From assembly GCF_003790525.1 (NCBI RefSeq), contig NZ_CP033635.1: a stretch of DNA of 64,000 bases. One strand, given 5' to 3'. Under the pieces are notes generated by a model. It did not search any database. It saw only the letters and a list, made by a program, of their open reading frames with translations, and had not been told where the DNA came from. This document shows, piece by piece, positions 37,184 to 48,350 of the stretch. The position numbers and the translations under genes were made by a program. Each line of letters opens with the position of its first letter. Within the stretch, counting starts at the first letter, position 1. Source of the stretch: Escherichia coli (GTDB lineage: Bacteria; Pseudomonadota; Gammaproteobacteria; Enterobacterales; Enterobacteriaceae).

Positions 37184-39034
37184 ATGGCCTTATTACAAAT
37201 TAGTGAACCTGGTTTGAGTGCTGCGCCGCATCAGCGTCGTCTGGCGGCCGGTATCGACCTGGGCACAACCAACTCGCTGGTGGCGACAGTGCGCAGCGGT
37301 CAGGCCGAAACGTTAGCCGACCATGAAGGCCGTCACCTGCTGCCATCTGTTGTTCACTATCAACAGCAAGGGCATTCGGTGGGTTATGACGCGCGTACTA
37401 ATGCAGCGCTCGATACCGCCAACACCATTAGTTCTGTTAAACGTCTGATGGGGCGCTCGCTGGCTGATATCCAGCAACGCTATCCGCATCTGCCTTATCA
37501 ATTCCAGGCCAGCGAAAACGGCCTGCCGATGATTGAAACGGCGGCGGGGCTGCTGAACCCAGTGCGCGTTTCTGCGGACATCCTCAAAGCACTGGCGGCG
37601 CGGGCAACTGAAGCCCTGGCAGGCGAGCTGGATGGTGTCGTTATCACCGTTCCGGCGTACTTTGACGATGCCCAGCGTCAGGGCACCAAAGACGCGGCGC
37701 GTCTGGCGGGGTTGCATGTTCTGCGCTTACTTAACGAACCGACCGCTGCGGCTATTGCCTACGGGCTGGATTCCGGTCAGGAAGGCGTGATCGCTGTTTA
37801 TGACCTCGGCGGCGGTACGTTTGATATTTCCATTCTGCGCTTAAGTCGCGGCGTGTTTGAAGTGCTGGCAACCGGCGGTGATTCCGCGCTCGGCGGCGAT
37901 GATTTCGACCATCTGCTGGCGGATTACATTCGCGAGCAGGCGGGCATTCCTGATCGTAGCGATAACCGCGTTCAGCGTGAACTGCTGGATGCCGCCATTG
38001 CAGCCAAAATCGCGCTGAGTGATGCGGACTCCGTGACCGTTAACGTTGCGGGCTGGCAGGGCGAAATCAGCCGTGAACAATTCAATGAACTGATCGCGCC
38101 ACTGGTAAAACGAACCTTACTGGCTTGTCGTCGCGCGCTGAAAGATGCGGGCGTAGAAGCTGATGAAGTGCTGGAAGTGGTGATGGTGGGCGGTTCTACT
38201 CGCGTGCCGCTGGTGCGTGAACGGGTAGGCGAATTTTTCGGTCGTCCACCGTTGACTTCCATCGACCCGGATAAAGTCGTCGCTATTGGCGCGGCGATTC
38301 AGGCGGATATTTTGGTGGGTAACAAGCCGGACAGCGAAATGCTGCTGCTTGATGTGATCCCGCTGTCGCTGGGCCTCGAGACCATGGGCGGCCTGGTGGA
38401 GAAAGTGATCCCGCGTAATACCACGATTCCGGTAGCCCGCGCCCAGGATTTCACCACCTTTAAAGATGGTCAGACGGCGATGTCTATCCATGTAATGCAG
38501 GGTGAGCGCGAACTGGTGCAGGACTGCCGCTCGCTGGCGCGTTTTGCGCTGCGAGGTATTCCGGCGCTACCGGCTGGCGGCGCGCATATTCGCGTGACGT
38601 TCCAGGTCGATGCCGACGGTCTTTTGAGCGTGACGGCGATGGAGAAATCCACCGGCGTTGAGGCGTCTATCCAGGTCAAACCGTCTTACGGTCTGACCGA
38701 TAGCGAAATCGCTTCGATGATCAAAGACTCAATGAGCTATGCCGAGCAGGACGTAAAAGCCCGTATGCTGGCAGAACAAAAAGTAGAAGCGGCGCGTGTG
38801 CTGGAAAGTCTGCACGGCGCGCTGGCTGCTGATGCCGCGCTGTTAAGCGCCGCAGAACGTCAGGATATCGACGATGCTGCCGCTCACCTGAGTGAAGTGG
38901 CGCAGGGCGATGATGTTGACGCCATCGAACAAGCGATTAAAAACGTAGACAAACAAACCCAGGATTTCGCCGCTCGCCGCATGGACCAGTCGGTTCGTCG
39001 TGCGCTGAAAGGCCATTCCGTGGACGAGGTTTAA
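37184..39034 (+). CDS. hscA: Hsp70-type chaperone HscA, 616 aa
   Basis: [10 protein letters not shown]...GIDLGTTNS Hsp70 ATPase signature; track start 37130 is over-extended. Confidence 0.97.
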   Translation: MALLQISEPGLSAAPHQRRLAAGIDLGTTNSLVATVRSGQAETLADHEGRHLLPSVVHYQQQGHSVGYDARTNAALDTANTISSVKRLMGRSLADIQQRYPHLPYQFQASENGLPMIETAAGLLNPVRVSADILKALAARATEALAGELDGVVITVPAYFDDAQRQGTKDAARLAGLHVLRLLNEPTAAAIAYGLDSGQEGVIAVYDLGGGTFDISILRLSRGVFEVLATGGDSALGGDDFDHLLADYIREQAGIPDRSDNRVQRELLDAAIAAKIALSDADSVTVNVAGWQGEISREQFNELIAPLVKRTLLACRRALKDAGVEADEVLEVVMVGGSTRVPLVRERVGEFFGRPPLTSIDPDKVVAIGAAIQADILVGNKPDSEMLLLDVIPLSLGLETMGGLVEKVIPRNTTIPVARAQDFTTFKDGQTAMSIHVMQGERELVQDCRSLARFALRGIPALPAGGAHIRVTFQVDADGLLSVTAMEKSTGVEASIQVKPSYGLTDSEIASMIKDSMSYAEQDVKARMLAEQKVEAARVLESLHGALAADAALLSAAERQDIDDAAAHLSEVAQGDDVDAIEQAIKNVDKQTQDFAARRMDQSVRRALKGHSVDEV

Positions 39035-39035
39035 T

Positions 39036-39371
39036 ATGCCAAAGATTGTTATTTTGCCTCATCAGGATCTCTGTCCTGATGGCGCTGTTCTGGAAGCTAA
39101 TAGCGGTGAAACCATTCTCGACGCAGCTCTGCGTAACGGTATCGAGATTGAACACGCCTGTGAAAAATCCTGTGCTTGCACCACCTGCCACTGCATCGTT
39201 CGCGAAGGTTTTGACTCGCTGCCGGAAAGCTCAGAGCAGGAAGACGACATGCTGGACAAAGCCTGGGGGCTGGAGCCGGAAAGCCGTTTAAGCTGCCAGG
39301 CGCGCGTTACCGACGAAGATTTAGTGGTCGAAATCCCGCGTTACACTATCAACCATGCGCGTGAGCATTAA
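39036..39371 (+). CDS. fdx: [2Fe-2S] ferredoxin Fdx, 111 aa
   Basis: Adrenodoxin-type cysteine pattern [12 protein letters not shown]...C. Confidence 0.96.
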   Translation: MPKIVILPHQDLCPDGAVLEANSGETILDAALRNGIEIEHACEKSCACTTCHCIVREGFDSLPESSEQEDDMLDKAWGLEPESRLSCQARVTDEDLVVEIPRYTINHAREH

Positions 39372-39382
39372 CAGAGGTTAGT

Positions 39383-39583
39383 ATGGGACTTAAGTGGACC
39401 GATAGCCGCGAAATTGGCGAAGCACTGTACGATGCGTATCCCGATATTGATCCGAAAATGGTTCGATTCACCGATATGCATCAGTGGATTTGCGCTCTGG
39501 AAGATTTCGACGACGACCCGCAGGCATCGAATGAGAAAATCCTCGAAGCGATTTTGTTGGTCTGGCTGGACGAAGCCGAGTGA
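39383..39583 (+). CDS. iscX: Fe-S assembly protein IscX, 66 aa
   Basis: [24 protein letters not shown]; small acidic protein ending the isc operon. Confidence 0.93.
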   Translation: MGLKWTDSREIGEALYDAYPDIDPKMVRFTDMHQWICALEDFDDDPQASNEKILEAILLVWLDEAE

Positions 39584-39587
39584 ATGA

Positions 39588-39615
39588 ACGGGCTGCCTGA
39601 GGGTAGCCCGTTTTG
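39588..39615 (+). terminator. Probable intrinsic terminator after iscX
   Basis: acgggct-gcctgagggt-agcccgt stem followed by tttt. Confidence 0.5.
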
Positions 39616-39641
39616 CTGTTAAACGAATAAGGATAACTAAA

Positions 39642-40925
39642 ATGACAGAAGCGATGAAAATTACCCTCTCTACCCAACCTGCCGATGCGCGCTGGGGAGA
39701 AAAAGCAACTTACAGCATTAATAATGATGGCATTACCCTGCACTTGAACGGAGCGGACGATCTGGGGCTGATCCAGCGTGCGGCGCGCAAGATTGACGGT
39801 CTGGGCATCAAACATGTTCAGCTAAGCGGTGAAGGCTGGGATGCGGATCGTTGCTGGGCATTCTGGCAAGGTTACAAAGCCCCGAAAGGCACGCGTAAAG
39901 TGGAGTGGCCGGATCTGGACGATGTCCAGCGCCAGGAACTGGATAACCGCCTGATGATCATCGACTGGGTGCGTGACACCATTAACGCACCGGCGGAAGA
40001 GCTGGGGCCATCGCAACTGGCACAGCGTGCTGTTGATCTGATCAGCAATGTCGCGGGCGATCGTGTGACTTACCGGATCACCAAAGGCGAAGATCTGCGT
40101 GATCAAGGTTATATGGGGCTGCACACGGTCGGACGCGGTTCAGAACGTTCTCCGGTATTGCTGGCGCTGGATTACAACCCGACTGGCGATAAAGAAGCGC
40201 CAGTGTACGCGTGCCTGGTAGGTAAAGGTATCACTTTTGACTCCGGCGGCTACAGCATCAAACAGACCGCATTTATGGACTCGATGAAGTCGGACATGGG
40301 CGGCGCGGCAACGGTTACCGGGGCGCTGGCGTTTGCCATTACGCGCGGACTGAACAAGCGCGTGAAGCTGTTCCTCTGCTGTGCGGATAACCTGATCAGC
40401 GGCAACGCGTTCAAACTGGGCGATATTATTACCTATCGCAACGGTAAAAAAGTTGAAGTGATGAACACTGATGCGGAAGGGCGTCTGGTGCTGGCCGATG
40501 GCCTGATTGATGCCAGTGCGCAGAAACCGGAACTGATCATTGATGCGGCGACCCTCACCGGGGCGGCGAAAACTGCGCTGGGTAATGATTATCACGCGCT
40601 GTTCAGTTTTGACGATGCGCTTGCCGGTCGCTTGCTGGCGAGTGCCGCGCAGGAGAATGAACCGTTCTGGCGTCTGCCGCTGGCGGAGTTCCACCGCAGC
40701 CAGCTGCCGTCTAACTTTGCCGAACTGAACAATACCGGAAGCGCGGCGTACCCGGCAGGCGCGAGCACGGCGGCGGGCTTCCTGTCGCACTTTGTTGAGA
40801 ACTATCAGCAAGGCTGGCTGCATATCGACTGCTCGGCGACTTACCGTAAAGCGCCGGTTGAACAGTGGTCTGCGGGTGCTACGGGACTTGGTGTGCGCAC
40901 GATTGCTAATCTGTTAACGGCGTAA
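39642..40925 (+). CDS. pepB: Peptidase B (M17 leucyl aminopeptidase family), 427 aa
   Basis: M17 signature NTDAEGRL and metal ligands in the C-terminal domain. Confidence 0.95.
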   Translation: MTEAMKITLSTQPADARWGEKATYSINNDGITLHLNGADDLGLIQRAARKIDGLGIKHVQLSGEGWDADRCWAFWQGYKAPKGTRKVEWPDLDDVQRQELDNRLMIIDWVRDTINAPAEELGPSQLAQRAVDLISNVAGDRVTYRITKGEDLRDQGYMGLHTVGRGSERSPVLLALDYNPTGDKEAPVYACLVGKGITFDSGGYSIKQTAFMDSMKSDMGGAATVTGALAFAITRGLNKRVKLFLCCADNLISGNAFKLGDIITYRNGKKVEVMNTDAEGRLVLADGLIDASAQKPELIIDAATLTGAAKTALGNDYHALFSFDDALAGRLLASAAQENEPFWRLPLAEFHRSQLPSNFAELNNTGSAAYPAGASTAAGFLSHFVENYQQGWLHIDCSATYRKAPVEQWSAGATGLGVRTIANLLTA

Positions 40926-40933
40926 ACTAATAT

Positions 40934-41030
40934 GCCGGATGCGGCGTAAACGCCTTATCCGGACTACAAATTGCGAAAATCCAATAGATTGCGACTCCCT
41001 TGTAGGCCTGATAAGCGTGGCGCATCAGGC
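40934..41030. repeat. BIME: two inverted REP elements
   Basis: gccggatgcggcgtaaacgccttatccgg and gtaggcctgataagcgtggcgcatcaggc. Confidence 0.7.
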
Positions 41031-41066
41031 ACTTGTGCCCCGAACGTTGAATGAATTGTGGTTCTT

Positions 41067-41843
41067 ATGTCCGAAACAAAAAATGAACTTGAAGACCTGC
41101 TGGAAAAAGCAGCAACCGAACCGGCGCACCGCCCGGCCTTTTTCCGTACTCTACTGGAATCCACCGTCTGGGTGCCGGGTACGGCGGCGCAGGGCGAGGC
41201 TGTGGTTGAAGATAGCGCGCTTGATTTACAGCACTGGGAAAAAGAAGACGGCACCAGCGTCATTCCTTTTTTTACCTCGTTAGAAGCACTTCAACAGGCG
41301 GTTGAAGACGAACAGGCATTTGTCGTAATGCCCGTTCGCACATTGTTTGAGATGACCCTTGGCGAAACGCTCTTCCTTAATGCCAAACTGCCAACCGGTA
41401 AAGAATTTATGCCGCGTGAAATCAGTTTGTTGATTGGTGAAGAAGGAAATCCGCTGAGCAGCCAGGAAGTACTGGAGGGCGGTGAATCGCTGATATTATC
41501 GGAAGTCGCAGAGCCACCAGCACAAATGATTGATTCTCTCACCACCTTATTTAAAACTATTAAGCCGGTGAAGCGTGCTTTTATTTGTTCAATTAAAGAG
41601 AACGAAGAGGCACAGCCTAATTTACTTATTGGCATTGAAGCCGATGGTGATATCGAAGAAATTATTCAGGCGGCGGGAAGTGTAGCGACCGATACAATAC
41701 CTGGCGATGAACCCATCGATATTTGTCAGGTGAAAAAAGGGGAAAAAGGAATTAGCCACTTTATTACCGAACATATTGTGCCATTCTATGAACGTCGCTG
41801 GGGTGGTTTTTTGCGTGACTTTAAACAGAACCGGATAATCTAA
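41067..41843 (+). CDS. sseB: SseB (enhanced serine sensitivity protein B), about 258 aa
   Basis: MSETKNELEDLLEKAATEPAHRPAFFRTLLE; position between pepB and sseA. Confidence 0.88.
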   Translation: MSETKNELEDLLEKAATEPAHRPAFFRTLLESTVWVPGTAAQGEAVVEDSALDLQHWEKEDGTSVIPFFTSLEALQQAVEDEQAFVVMPVRTLFEMTLGETLFLNAKLPTGKEFMPREISLLIGEEGNPLSSQEVLEGGESLILSEVAEPPAQMIDSLTTLFKTIKPVKRAFICSIKENEEAQPNLLIGIEADGDIEEIIQAAGSVATDTIPGDEPIDICQVKKGEKGISHFITEHIVPFYERRWGGFLRDFKQNRII

Positions 41844-41884
41844 AATATGCCGCCCCAAAGGGCGGCATTCGGGCTTACCTGCTG

Positions 41885-42323
41885 TTCTGAAGGTTGTTAA
41901 CCACCAATAAATTGTTACCGGAGAGACTCCGGTTATTATTTACCTCGGTTAACAGCGCACCAGAAACAATAAGTACGATACAAAAGCACCGTATCTTCAT
42001 TGTGCGGTCCATGCGAAGACCGCATCACGACAGCACCACTGGCGATATTGCCGCGATAGCAAGCGCTGTGAAACACCTGCATTTACGGCCATGGAACATC
42101 CTTTCCTTAAGCCAGCGCCCGTTTGCGAGACGGCGGAAAGGGCCGGTGTCGATAATACGCTAAATAAACAATGATTACTCTCTTTCGCTTGACAAAAAGA
42201 GAGTTACTGGCGAGTATTGCTTTGCTGTGAAGCACCTGCGTTGCTCATGCAACACAAGCCAATCTGCTGGAAAGGCCGCGAACCAGACCAGCAATAAAAA
42301 ACCGCCAAATTCGGCGGTTTTTT
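41885..42323. ncRNA. ryfA: Candidate ryfA-like structured small RNA locus (strand and ends not resolved)
   Basis: 496-nt gap between sseB and sseA, far longer than neighbouring gaps; several perfect hairpins (ccggag-aga-ctccgg ~41918-41932; tgcggtc/gaccgca 42003-42023; ctctcttt/aaagagag 42180-42205); ends at a bidirectional terminator. K-12 is recalled to encode RyfA here. Confidence 0.4.
42296..42323. terminator. Bidirectional intrinsic terminator (sseA on - strand; intergenic RNA on + strand)
   Basis: aaaaaa-ccgcc-aaattc-ggcgg-tttttt: GC stem flanked by A6 and T6 runs. Confidence 0.75.
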
Positions 42324-42339
42324 ATTGCCTGTTAAAAGC

Positions 42340-43185
42340 TTATTTCTCTGGCTCAACCGGTAAATCTGCTCGTGCGCCCCATTCACTCCATGCGCCGTCG
42401 TACAGTTTCACGTTTGGCACATCAAGTGTCGCGAGTGCCAACAAAACCACGGCTGCCGTTACACCAGAGCCGCAGCTGACGATAATCGGTTTGTCATAGC
42501 TGACGCCGCGACCAAAAAATATCGCATCCAGTTCATCGGTCGTTTTTAGTTCGCCTTCGCGCACCAGTTCCGTCCACGGAACGTTCAATGCACCGGGAAT
42601 ATGTCCGCGACGTAAACCTGGGCGAGGTTCATCAACTTCTGCGTTAAAACGTGCAGCCGGGCGGGCATCAATAATTTGCGCCGTATTTTCATGGCTTGCC
42701 AATAACACATCGGTGACTTTCACCACGGCTTCAGGATTAAACGTGGCGTTAAACTCTCCTTCCGGCAGCTCTACTGCACCTTCTTCTAACAGCAGATCAT
42801 CGCGCTGCCAGCCTGCAAGTCCACCCCCCAGAATCGACACTTTCTCTACACCAAAGGTGCGCAGCATCCACCATGCTCGTGGGGCTGAGAAAAGATTACC
42901 TTCGTCATAGATAATCAGGTGCTTATCCTGGTTAACGCCTAATTCACGCATCGCCACGGCGAACGTTTCCGGGCGCGGCAGCATGTGCGGAAGCGGGGAA
43001 GTGTGATCAGAAAGCGCTTCGATATCAAAAAACACTGCGCCGGGAATATGTCCATTCAGATACTCCTGAGCAACGTTACGATCTTCCTGTCCAGGCGACG
43101 CCATGCGGGCATCGATAATCTGAATTTCCGGGTCATCAATATGTTCGGCGAGCCAGTCGGCTCCTACAAACCATGTCGTGGACAT
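42340..43185 (-). CDS. sseA: 3-mercaptopyruvate sulfurtransferase (tandem rhodanese), 281 aa
   Basis: MSTTWFVGADWLAEHIDDPEIQIIDAR, catalytic Cys in IIVSCGSGVTA; track start 43344 is over-extended. Confidence 0.93.
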   Translation of the reverse strand: MSTTWFVGADWLAEHIDDPEIQIIDARMASPGQEDRNVAQEYLNGHIPGAVFFDIEALSDHTSPLPHMLPRPETFAVAMRELGVNQDKHLIIYDEGNLFSAPRAWWMLRTFGVEKVSILGGGLAGWQRDDLLLEEGAVELPEGEFNATFNPEAVVKVTDVLLASHENTAQIIDARPAARFNAEVDEPRPGLRRGHIPGALNVPWTELVREGELKTTDELDAIFFGRGVSYDKPIIVSCGSGVTAAVVLLALATLDVPNVKLYDGAWSEWGARADLPVEPEK

Positions 43186-43391
43186 AGGCATCTCCATTTT
43201 TGCCGGGGTTAGGCTAAATTGTCGGATGTTTAGTGAAAAGCGACAAGCAAAAGAGGCTGATTTGGCTGTCTGAGCCACAATTCTCACTAAAATTCGGATT
43301 GTATGGGCGTGATACTGAATTACATAACGTAAATTCTCACGCATAATAATTATTCGACGTTGCTAACGGGCCATTGTGGCAGGGATGAAAA

Positions 43392-46300
43392 ATGAAAAAG
43401 TTACGCTTAGCCGCCTGCATGCTAATGCTGGCGCTGGCAGGGTGCGACAACAACGATAACGCGCCAACAGCGGTGAAAAAAGATGCACCTTCTGAAGTTA
43501 CTAAAGCGGCATCTTCAGAAAACGCGAGTTCAGCAAAACTCTCTGCACCGGAGCGACAGAAACTGGCCCAACAGAGTGCCGGTAAGGCGCTGACATTGCT
43601 GGATCTCTCTGAAGTCCAACTTGATGGCGCAGCCACGCTGGTGCTGACCTTCTCTATCCCTCTCGACCCGGATCAGGATTTCTCGCGCGTTATTCACGTC
43701 GTTGATAAAAAAAGCGGCAAAGTGGATGGGGCCTGGGAGCTGTCAGATAATCTTAAAGAGCTGCGTTTACGCCACCTCGAGCCGAAACGTGATTTGATCG
43801 TTACTATTGGCAAGGAGGTCAAGGCACTCAACAACGCAACCTTCAGTAAAGATTACGAAAAAACTATAACTACCCGCGATATCCAGCCCAGCGTCGGTTT
43901 TGCCAGCCGTGGTTCGCTGCTGCCTGGAAAAGTCATTGAAGGGCTGCCGGTAATGGCGCTCAATGTTAACAATGTCGATGTTAACTTCTTCCGTGTTAAG
44001 CCAGAATCTCTGCCAGCATTTATTAGCCAATGGGAATACCGCAATTCGCTGGCGAACTGGCAGTCAGATAAACTGCTGCAGATGGCGGATCTGGTCTACA
44101 CCGGACGGTTTGATCTCAATCCTGCGCGTAACACCCGTGAAAAATTATTGCTGCCGCTGGGCGATATCAAACCGCTTCAGCAGGCGGGCGTGTATCTGGC
44201 TGTGATGAATCAGGCTGGACGTTACGATTACAGTAATCCCGCGACGCTGTTTACGTTAAGTGATATTGGCGTTTCAGCTCACCGTTATCACAATCGTCTG
44301 GATATCTTTACCCAAAGTCTGGAAAACGGCGCGGCCCAGCAAGGAATTGAAGTCTCTTTATTAAATGAGAAAGGGCAGACTCTGACTCAGGCAACCAGTG
44401 ACGCTCAGGGGCATGTGCAGCTGGAAAATGATAAAAACGCGGCATTACTGCTGGCGCGTAAAAACGGTCAGACAACGCTGCTCGATTTAAAACTCCCGGC
44501 GCTGGACTTAGCGGAATTTAACATTGCTGGCGCGCCGGGCTATAGCAAACAGTTTTTCATGTTTGGCCCGCGCGATCTTTATCGCCCGGGTGAAACGGTC
44601 ATCCTCAATGGTTTGCTGCGTGATGCAGACGGTAAAGCATTGCCCGATCAACCCATCAAGTTAGACGTGATTAAACCCGACGGGCAGGTACTCAGGAGCG
44701 TCGTTAGTCAGCCGGAGAATGGCCTCTACCACTTTACCTGGCCACTCGATAGCAATGCGGCAACCGGTATGTGGCATATTCGCGCTAACACGGGCGATAA
44801 CCAGTATCGGATGTGGGATTTCCACGTCGAAGATTTTATGCCAGAGCGTATGGCGCTGAATCTGACCGGTGAGAAAACCCCGCTAACGCCGAAAGATGAA
44901 GTGAAATTCTCCGTGGTGGGGTACTACCTGTATGGTGCACCTGCTAATGGTAATACTTTGCAAGGGCAACTTTTCCTGCGCCCACTGCGTGAAGCTGTGT
45001 CAGCCTTACCTGGTTTTGAATTCGGCGATATAGCTGCCGAAAATCTTTCCCGCACGCTGGATGAAGTTCAGTTGACGCTGGATGATAAAGGGCGTGGCGA
45101 AGTTTCCACTGAAAGCCAGTGGAAGGAAACGCATTCCCCATTACAGGTTATTTTCCAGGGGAGTTTGTTGGAATCGGGCGGTCGCCCGGTGACGCGCCGC
45201 GCTGAGCAGGCTATCTGGCCTGCCGATGCATTGCCGGGGATCCGTCCGCAGTTCGCCTCGAAATCGGTTTACGATTATCGCACTGACAGCACGGTGAAAC
45301 AGCCCATTGTTGATGAAGGCAGTAACGCCGCTTTTGACATCGTTTATAGCGATGCGCAAGGCGTAAAAAAAGCCGTGTCGGGCTTGCAGGTGCGCCTGAT
45401 TCGCGAACGCCGCGATTACTACTGGAACTGGTCAGAAGATGAAGGCTGGCAGTCACAGTTTGATCAAAAAGATCTGATTGAAAATGAACAAACTCTGGAT
45501 CTGAAAGCGGACGAAACCGGCAAGGTCAGTTTCCCGGTAGAGTGGGGCGCTTATCGTCTGGAAGTCAAAGCGCCGAATGAAGCGGTCAGTAGTGTGCGTT
45601 TCTGGGCTGGCTATAGCTGGCAGGACAACAGCGACGGGAGCGGTGCCGTGCGACCCGACCGTGTCACGCTGAAACTGGATAAAGCCAGTTATCGCCCTGG
45701 CGATACCATTAAGTTGCATATTGCCGCGCCAACGGCGGGTAAAGGTTATGCGATGGTCGAGTCCAGTGAAGGGCCGCTGTGGTGGCAAGAGATTGATGTT
45801 CCGGCTCAAGGGCTGGATCTGACGATTCCGGTAAATAAAACCTGGAATCGTCATGATCTTTATTTGAGTACGCTGGTGGTGCGTCCTGGCGATAAATCTC
45901 GCTCCGCGACGCCAAAACGCGCGGTTGGGGTGTTGCATCTGCCGCTTGGTGATGAAAACCGTCGCCTCGATCTGGCGCTGGAAACCCCCACCAAAATGCG
46001 CCCCAATCAGCCATTAACCGTGAAAATTAAAGCCAGCACTAAAAATGGTGAGATGCCAAAACAGGTGAATGTGCTGGTGTCTGCCGTTGATAGCGGTGTG
46101 CTGAATATTACTGATTACGTCACGCCAGATCCGTGGCAGGCGTTCTTTGGTCAGAAACGCTATGGCGCAGACATTTACGATATTTACGGTCAGGTTATTG
46201 AAGGTCAGGGGCGTCTGGCAGCTCTGCGTTTCGGTGGCGATGGTGATGAGCTGAAACGTGGTGGTAAACCGCCGGTCAATCACGTCAATATTGTCGCGCA

Positions 46301-48350
46301 GCAGGCGCTGCCGGTAACGCTCAACGAACAGGGCGAAGGCTCGGTTACACTGCCAATTGGCGATTTTAATGGTGAGTTACGAGTCATGGCGCAGGCCTGG
46401 ACAGCAGATGATTTCGGTAGCAACGAAAGCAAAGTGGTTGTTGCCGCACCGGTGATAGCAGAACTGAACATGCCGCGCTTTATGGCCAGCGGTGACACCT
46501 CACGTCTGACGCTGGATATCACTAATCTTACCGATAAACCGCAAAAACTGAACGTTGCCCTGACCGCCAGTGGTTTGCTTGAACTGGTCAGCGATTCACC
46601 CGCAGCCGTTGAATTAGCGCCAGGTGTGCGTACTACGCTGTTTATCCCGGTGCGAGCATTGCCGGGTTATGGTGATGGTGAAATTCAGGCCACCATTAGC
46701 GGGTTAGCGTTACCCGGGGAAACCGTTGCCGATCAGCATAAACAGTGGAAAATCGGCGTCCGTCCGGCGTTCCCGGCACAAACGGTCAATTACGGTACGG
46801 CGTTGCAGCCTGGTGAGACATGGGCGATTCCGGCGGATGGATTGCAAAACTTCTCGCCTGTTACGCTGGAAGGGCAATTGTTGTTGAGCGGCAAACCACC
46901 GCTGAACATCGCAAGTTATATCAAAGAGTTAAAAGCGTATCCGTACGGCTGTCTTGAGCAAACCGCCAGCGGCCTGTTCCCGTCACTTTATACCAACGCA
47001 GCCCAACTGCAGGCGTTGGGCATCAAAGGCGACAGTGATGAGAAACGCCGTGCATCGGTCGATATCGGCATTTCCCGTTTGCTGCAAATGCAACGTGATA
47101 ACGGCGGCTTTGCGCTGTGGGATAAAAACGGTGACGAAGAGTACTGGCTGACGGCTTACGTGATGGATTTCCTGGTCCGCGCAGGTGAGCAGGGTTACAG
47201 CGTGCCGACAGACGCCATTAACCGGGGAAATGAGCGTCTGCTGCGCTATTTACAAGATCCGGGCATGATGTCGATCCCGTACGCGGATAATCTCAAAGCC
47301 AGTAAATTCGCCGTACAGTCTTACGCTGCGCTGGTGCTGGCCCGTCAGCAAAAAGCTCCACTGGGTGCGCTGCGTGAAATCTGGGAGCATCGTGCAGATG
47401 CCGCTTCTGGTTTACCGCTGCTGCAACTTGGCGTTGCGCTGAAAACCATGGGTGATGCGACGCGTGGTGAAGAAGCAATTGCGCTGGCGCTGAAAACGCC
47501 GCGTAATGATGAGCGGAAATGGCTGGGTGATTACGGTAGCCCACTGCGCGACAACGCGTTAATGCTCTCCTTGCTGGAAGAAAATAAACTGCTACCCGAT
47601 GAGCAGAACACTTTGCTGAATACGCTTTCGCAGCAGGCGTTTGGTGAACGCTGGCTATCGACGCAGGAAAGTAACGCGTTGTTCCTGGCTGCCCGTACGG
47701 TTCAGGATTTACCGGGTAAATGGCAGGCGCAAACCTCTTTCTCAGCTGAGCCGCTGACAGGCGAGAAAGCGCAAACCAGCAATCTGAATAGCGATCAACT
47801 TGCCACCTTGCAGGTGACCAACAGTGGCGATCAGCCGTTATGGCTGCGTGTGGATGCCAGCGGTTATCCGCAATCCGCACCTTTACCGGCGAACAATGTG
47901 CTGCAAATCGAGCGTCATATTCTTGGTACTGATGGTAAGAGCAAATCGCTGGACTCGTTACGTAGCGGCGATCTGGTGCTGGTGTGGTTGCAGGTTAAAG
48001 CCAGTAACAGCGTGCCGGATGCGTTGGTCGTGGATCTGCTGCCAGCGGGTCTGGAACTGGAAAACCAGAATCTGGCGAACGGTAGCGCCAGCCTGGAGCA
48101 AAGTGGTGGCGAAGTGCAGAACTTACTGAACCAGATGCAGCAGGCGAGTATTAAGCACATTGAGTTCCGTGACGATCGCTTTGTGGCGGCGGTTGCCGTT
48201 GATGAATACCAACCGGTAACGCTGGTGTATCTGGCGCGGGCGGTGACGCCGGGAACGTATCAGGTACCGCAACCGATGGTGGAATCAATGTATGTTCCCC
48301 AATGGCGGGCGACCGGCGCGGCTGAAGATTTGCTAATTGTCAGACCGTAA
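43392..48350 (+). CDS. yfhM: Alpha-2-macroglobulin-family lipoprotein with thioester motif, 1652 aa
   Basis: Lipoprotein signal MKKLRLAACMLMLALAGC; CLEQ thioester motif in AYPYGCLEQTASG; MG/Ig-like repeats. Confidence 0.95.
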   Translation: MKKLRLAACMLMLALAGCDNNDNAPTAVKKDAPSEVTKAASSENASSAKLSAPERQKLAQQSAGKALTLLDLSEVQLDGAATLVLTFSIPLDPDQDFSRVIHVVDKKSGKVDGAWELSDNLKELRLRHLEPKRDLIVTIGKEVKALNNATFSKDYEKTITTRDIQPSVGFASRGSLLPGKVIEGLPVMALNVNNVDVNFFRVKPESLPAFISQWEYRNSLANWQSDKLLQMADLVYTGRFDLNPARNTREKLLLPLGDIKPLQQAGVYLAVMNQAGRYDYSNPATLFTLSDIGVSAHRYHNRLDIFTQSLENGAAQQGIEVSLLNEKGQTLTQATSDAQGHVQLENDKNAALLLARKNGQTTLLDLKLPALDLAEFNIAGAPGYSKQFFMFGPRDLYRPGETVILNGLLRDADGKALPDQPIKLDVIKPDGQVLRSVVSQPENGLYHFTWPLDSNAATGMWHIRANTGDNQYRMWDFHVEDFMPERMALNLTGEKTPLTPKDEVKFSVVGYYLYGAPANGNTLQGQLFLRPLREAVSALPGFEFGDIAAENLSRTLDEVQLTLDDKGRGEVSTESQWKETHSPLQVIFQGSLLESGGRPVTRRAEQAIWPADALPGIRPQFASKSVYDYRTDSTVKQPIVDEGSNAAFDIVYSDAQGVKKAVSGLQVRLIRERRDYYWNWSEDEGWQSQFDQKDLIENEQTLDLKADETGKVSFPVEWGAYRLEVKAPNEAVSSVRFWAGYSWQDNSDGSGAVRPDRVTLKLDKASYRPGDTIKLHIAAPTAGKGYAMVESSEGPLWWQEIDVPAQGLDLTIPVNKTWNRHDLYLSTLVVRPGDKSRSATPKRAVGVLHLPLGDENRRLDLALETPTKMRPNQPLTVKIKASTKNGEMPKQVNVLVSAVDSGVLNITDYVTPDPWQAFFGQKRYGADIYDIYGQVIEGQGRLAALRFGGDGDELKRGGKPPVNHVNIVAQQALPVTLNEQGEGSVTLPIGDFNGELRVMAQAWTADDFGSNESKVVVAAPVIAELNMPRFMASGDTSRLTLDITNLTDKPQKLNVALTASGLLELVSDSPAAVELAPGVRTTLFIPVRALPGYGDGEIQATISGLALPGETVADQHKQWKIGVRPAFPAQTVNYGTALQPGETWAIPADGLQNFSPVTLEGQLLLSGKPPLNIASYIKELKAYPYGCLEQTASGLFPSLYTNAAQLQALGIKGDSDEKRRASVDIGISRLLQMQRDNGGFALWDKNGDEEYWLTAYVMDFLVRAGEQGYSVPTDAINRGNERLLRYLQDPGMMSIPYADNLKASKFAVQSYAALVLARQQKAPLGALREIWEHRADAASGLPLLQLGVALKTMGDATRGEEAIALALKTPRNDERKWLGDYGSPLRDNALMLSLLEENKLLPDEQNTLLNTLSQQAFGERWLSTQESNALFLAARTVQDLPGKWQAQTSFSAEPLTGEKAQTSNLNSDQLATLQVTNSGDQPLWLRVDASGYPQSAPLPANNVLQIERHILGTDGKSKSLDSLRSGDLVLVWLQVKASNSVPDALVVDLLPAGLELENQNLANGSASLEQSGGEVQNLLNQMQQASIKHIEFRDDRFVAAVAVDEYQPVTLVYLARAVTPGTYQVPQPMVESMYVPQWRATGAAEDLLIVRP

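Noticed and set aside
41849..41866. Hairpin gccgccc-caaa-gggcggc just after sseB as a terminator
   Set aside because: Good GC stem but no downstream T-run; could equally be an RNA 5' structure or processing site, so not called as a terminator.
42204..42499. Small ORFs (60 aa minus strand, 90 aa plus strand) at the sseA 3' end as possible toxin genes of the ryfA locus
   Set aside because: Both overlap the sseA coding region or its terminator, are hydrophilic and low-complexity, and lack RBS. Not convincing as a type I toxin.
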